A stretch of 64,000 nucleotides of DNA from a virus. A program made the position numbers and the translations under genes. Under the pieces are notes generated by a model. The model worked only from the letters and a program-made list of their open reading frames with translations. It was not told where the DNA came from and did no database searches. Below are positions 63,285 to 64,000 of this stretch, one piece after another (position 1 is the stretch's first letter; every line of letters starts with the position of its first letter). The DNA lies in the IMG/VR virus record IMGVR_UViG_3300032331_002448, positions 1-64,000 of that record; one strand, written 5' to 3'.

Positions 63285-63776
63285 ATGGAAGCAAAAGAAC
63301 TTGAAGACGCTCCAGGGTATTGTATTTATCCTGACGGAAAACTTTGGTCTAAAAAAACAAATAAATTTTTAAAAGATCAAAGAGGCGGTTACAAAGGCGA
63401 ATACAGAAAATTTTCATTATGGGTAAACGGTAAATACATTAATAAGTATGTTCACGTTTTAGTTATGAATTATTTTGGCCCAATAAAACCAAGCATTAAT
63501 CATGAAATTAATCATATTGACAGTAATAAGTTTAACAATACATTAAACAATTTGGAGTGGGTAACTTCTTCCGAAAATACAAAACACGGAGTAAAAAACG
63601 GTTTATTTAGCCGCGTTCAATTATCTATTGAAGAAGTAAAAGAAATTAAAAACATGTTTAAGAATACTCCAGATTATTATGGAAAAGTTGCAAGCATTTC
63701 CAAAATGTACGGAGTTTCTTATCACGTTATTTCACAAATTAAACATAATAAAAACTGGAGTTATGTCGAAATTTGA
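63285..63776 (+). CDS. HNH homing endonuclease (NUMOD4-like N-terminus, C-terminal HTH)
   Basis: YVHVLV...F, INHID.NK.NN..NLEWVT..EN..H. Confidence 0.9.
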   Translation: MEAKELEDAPGYCIYPDGKLWSKKTNKFLKDQRGGYKGEYRKFSLWVNGKYINKYVHVLVMNYFGPIKPSINHEINHIDSNKFNNTLNNLEWVTSSENTKHGVKNGLFSRVQLSIEEVKEIKNMFKNTPDYYGKVASISKMYGVSYHVISQIKHNKNWSYVEI

Positions 63777-63825
63777 TGTCCATTAATAAAAAGTTTAAGT
63801 ATTGACAAAAAGTTTATTGATTTAA

Positions 63826-63853
63826 TTGCCATCCTACAAAAACCCTGTACACT
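63826..63853 (+). promoter_or_regulatory. Putative sigma70-type promoter
   Basis: TTGCCA-16 nt-TACACT upstream of ATG 63875. Confidence 0.4.
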
Positions 63854-63874
63854 GTTCTGGTCCTCCAGGCTTTT

Positions 63875-64000
63875 ATGGAACCGCAGCGCATCTCTGAGAT
63901 CAAAGCGTCCTTGCTCAACATGGGAACGGACGAGCTTCAAACGATGAGCGACAATCTTAGTGATCTCATTTCAGTCTTGATGACTCGCCAAGTGGCTGTT
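63875..64000 (+). CDS. Partial hypothetical protein (3'-truncated)
   Basis: MEPQRISEIKASLL... open to the window end. Confidence 0.55.
   Translation, partial: MEPQRISEIKASLLNMGTDELQTMSDNLSDLISVLMTRQVAV

Noticed and set aside
1-64000. Prophage or host chromosome; psbA, psbD or hli genes
   Set aside because: No integrase, repressor, host housekeeping genes or photosystem genes are recognisable in this window.

Overview
A 64 kb segment of a lytic dsDNA cyanophage genome. The host is probably a freshwater Synechococcus/Cyanobium, inferred from NblA, cyanophage-type tail fibres and endolysin. Gene content recalls the S-EIV1-like lineage, but this is from memory and was not searched. Bases 1-42,000 are mostly minus-strand late genes: terminase, portal, scaffold, major capsid, tail fibres, virion muralytic enzymes and low-complexity putative internal proteins. 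They also hold three tRNAs, NblA, Dps and a prolyl-4-hydroxylase. After a divergent strand switch at ~42.1 kb, the plus strand carries many small early genes, SSB, an endolysin, an ArdC/metallopeptidase, ThyX and a T7-like family A DNA polymerase. The most striking signal is at 42.5-44.8 kb, where almost every small ORF is punctuated by structured RNA. There are five ~48 nt tRNA-like (T-loop) three-way junctions on stop codons, each followed by a covarying pseudoknot, and two type II hammerhead ribozymes bracketing a 1,874 nt cassette. Further pseudoknots and RNase III-like hairpins continue to ~60 kb. Other notable points: a homing endonuclease beside a recoded duplicate of the terminase C-terminus, five putative internal virion proteins ending in -YV, a hairpin-gated endolysin, a probable ACG start and a 548 nt portal/scaffold overlap. 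All calls were made by eye; no database searches or folding programs were run.
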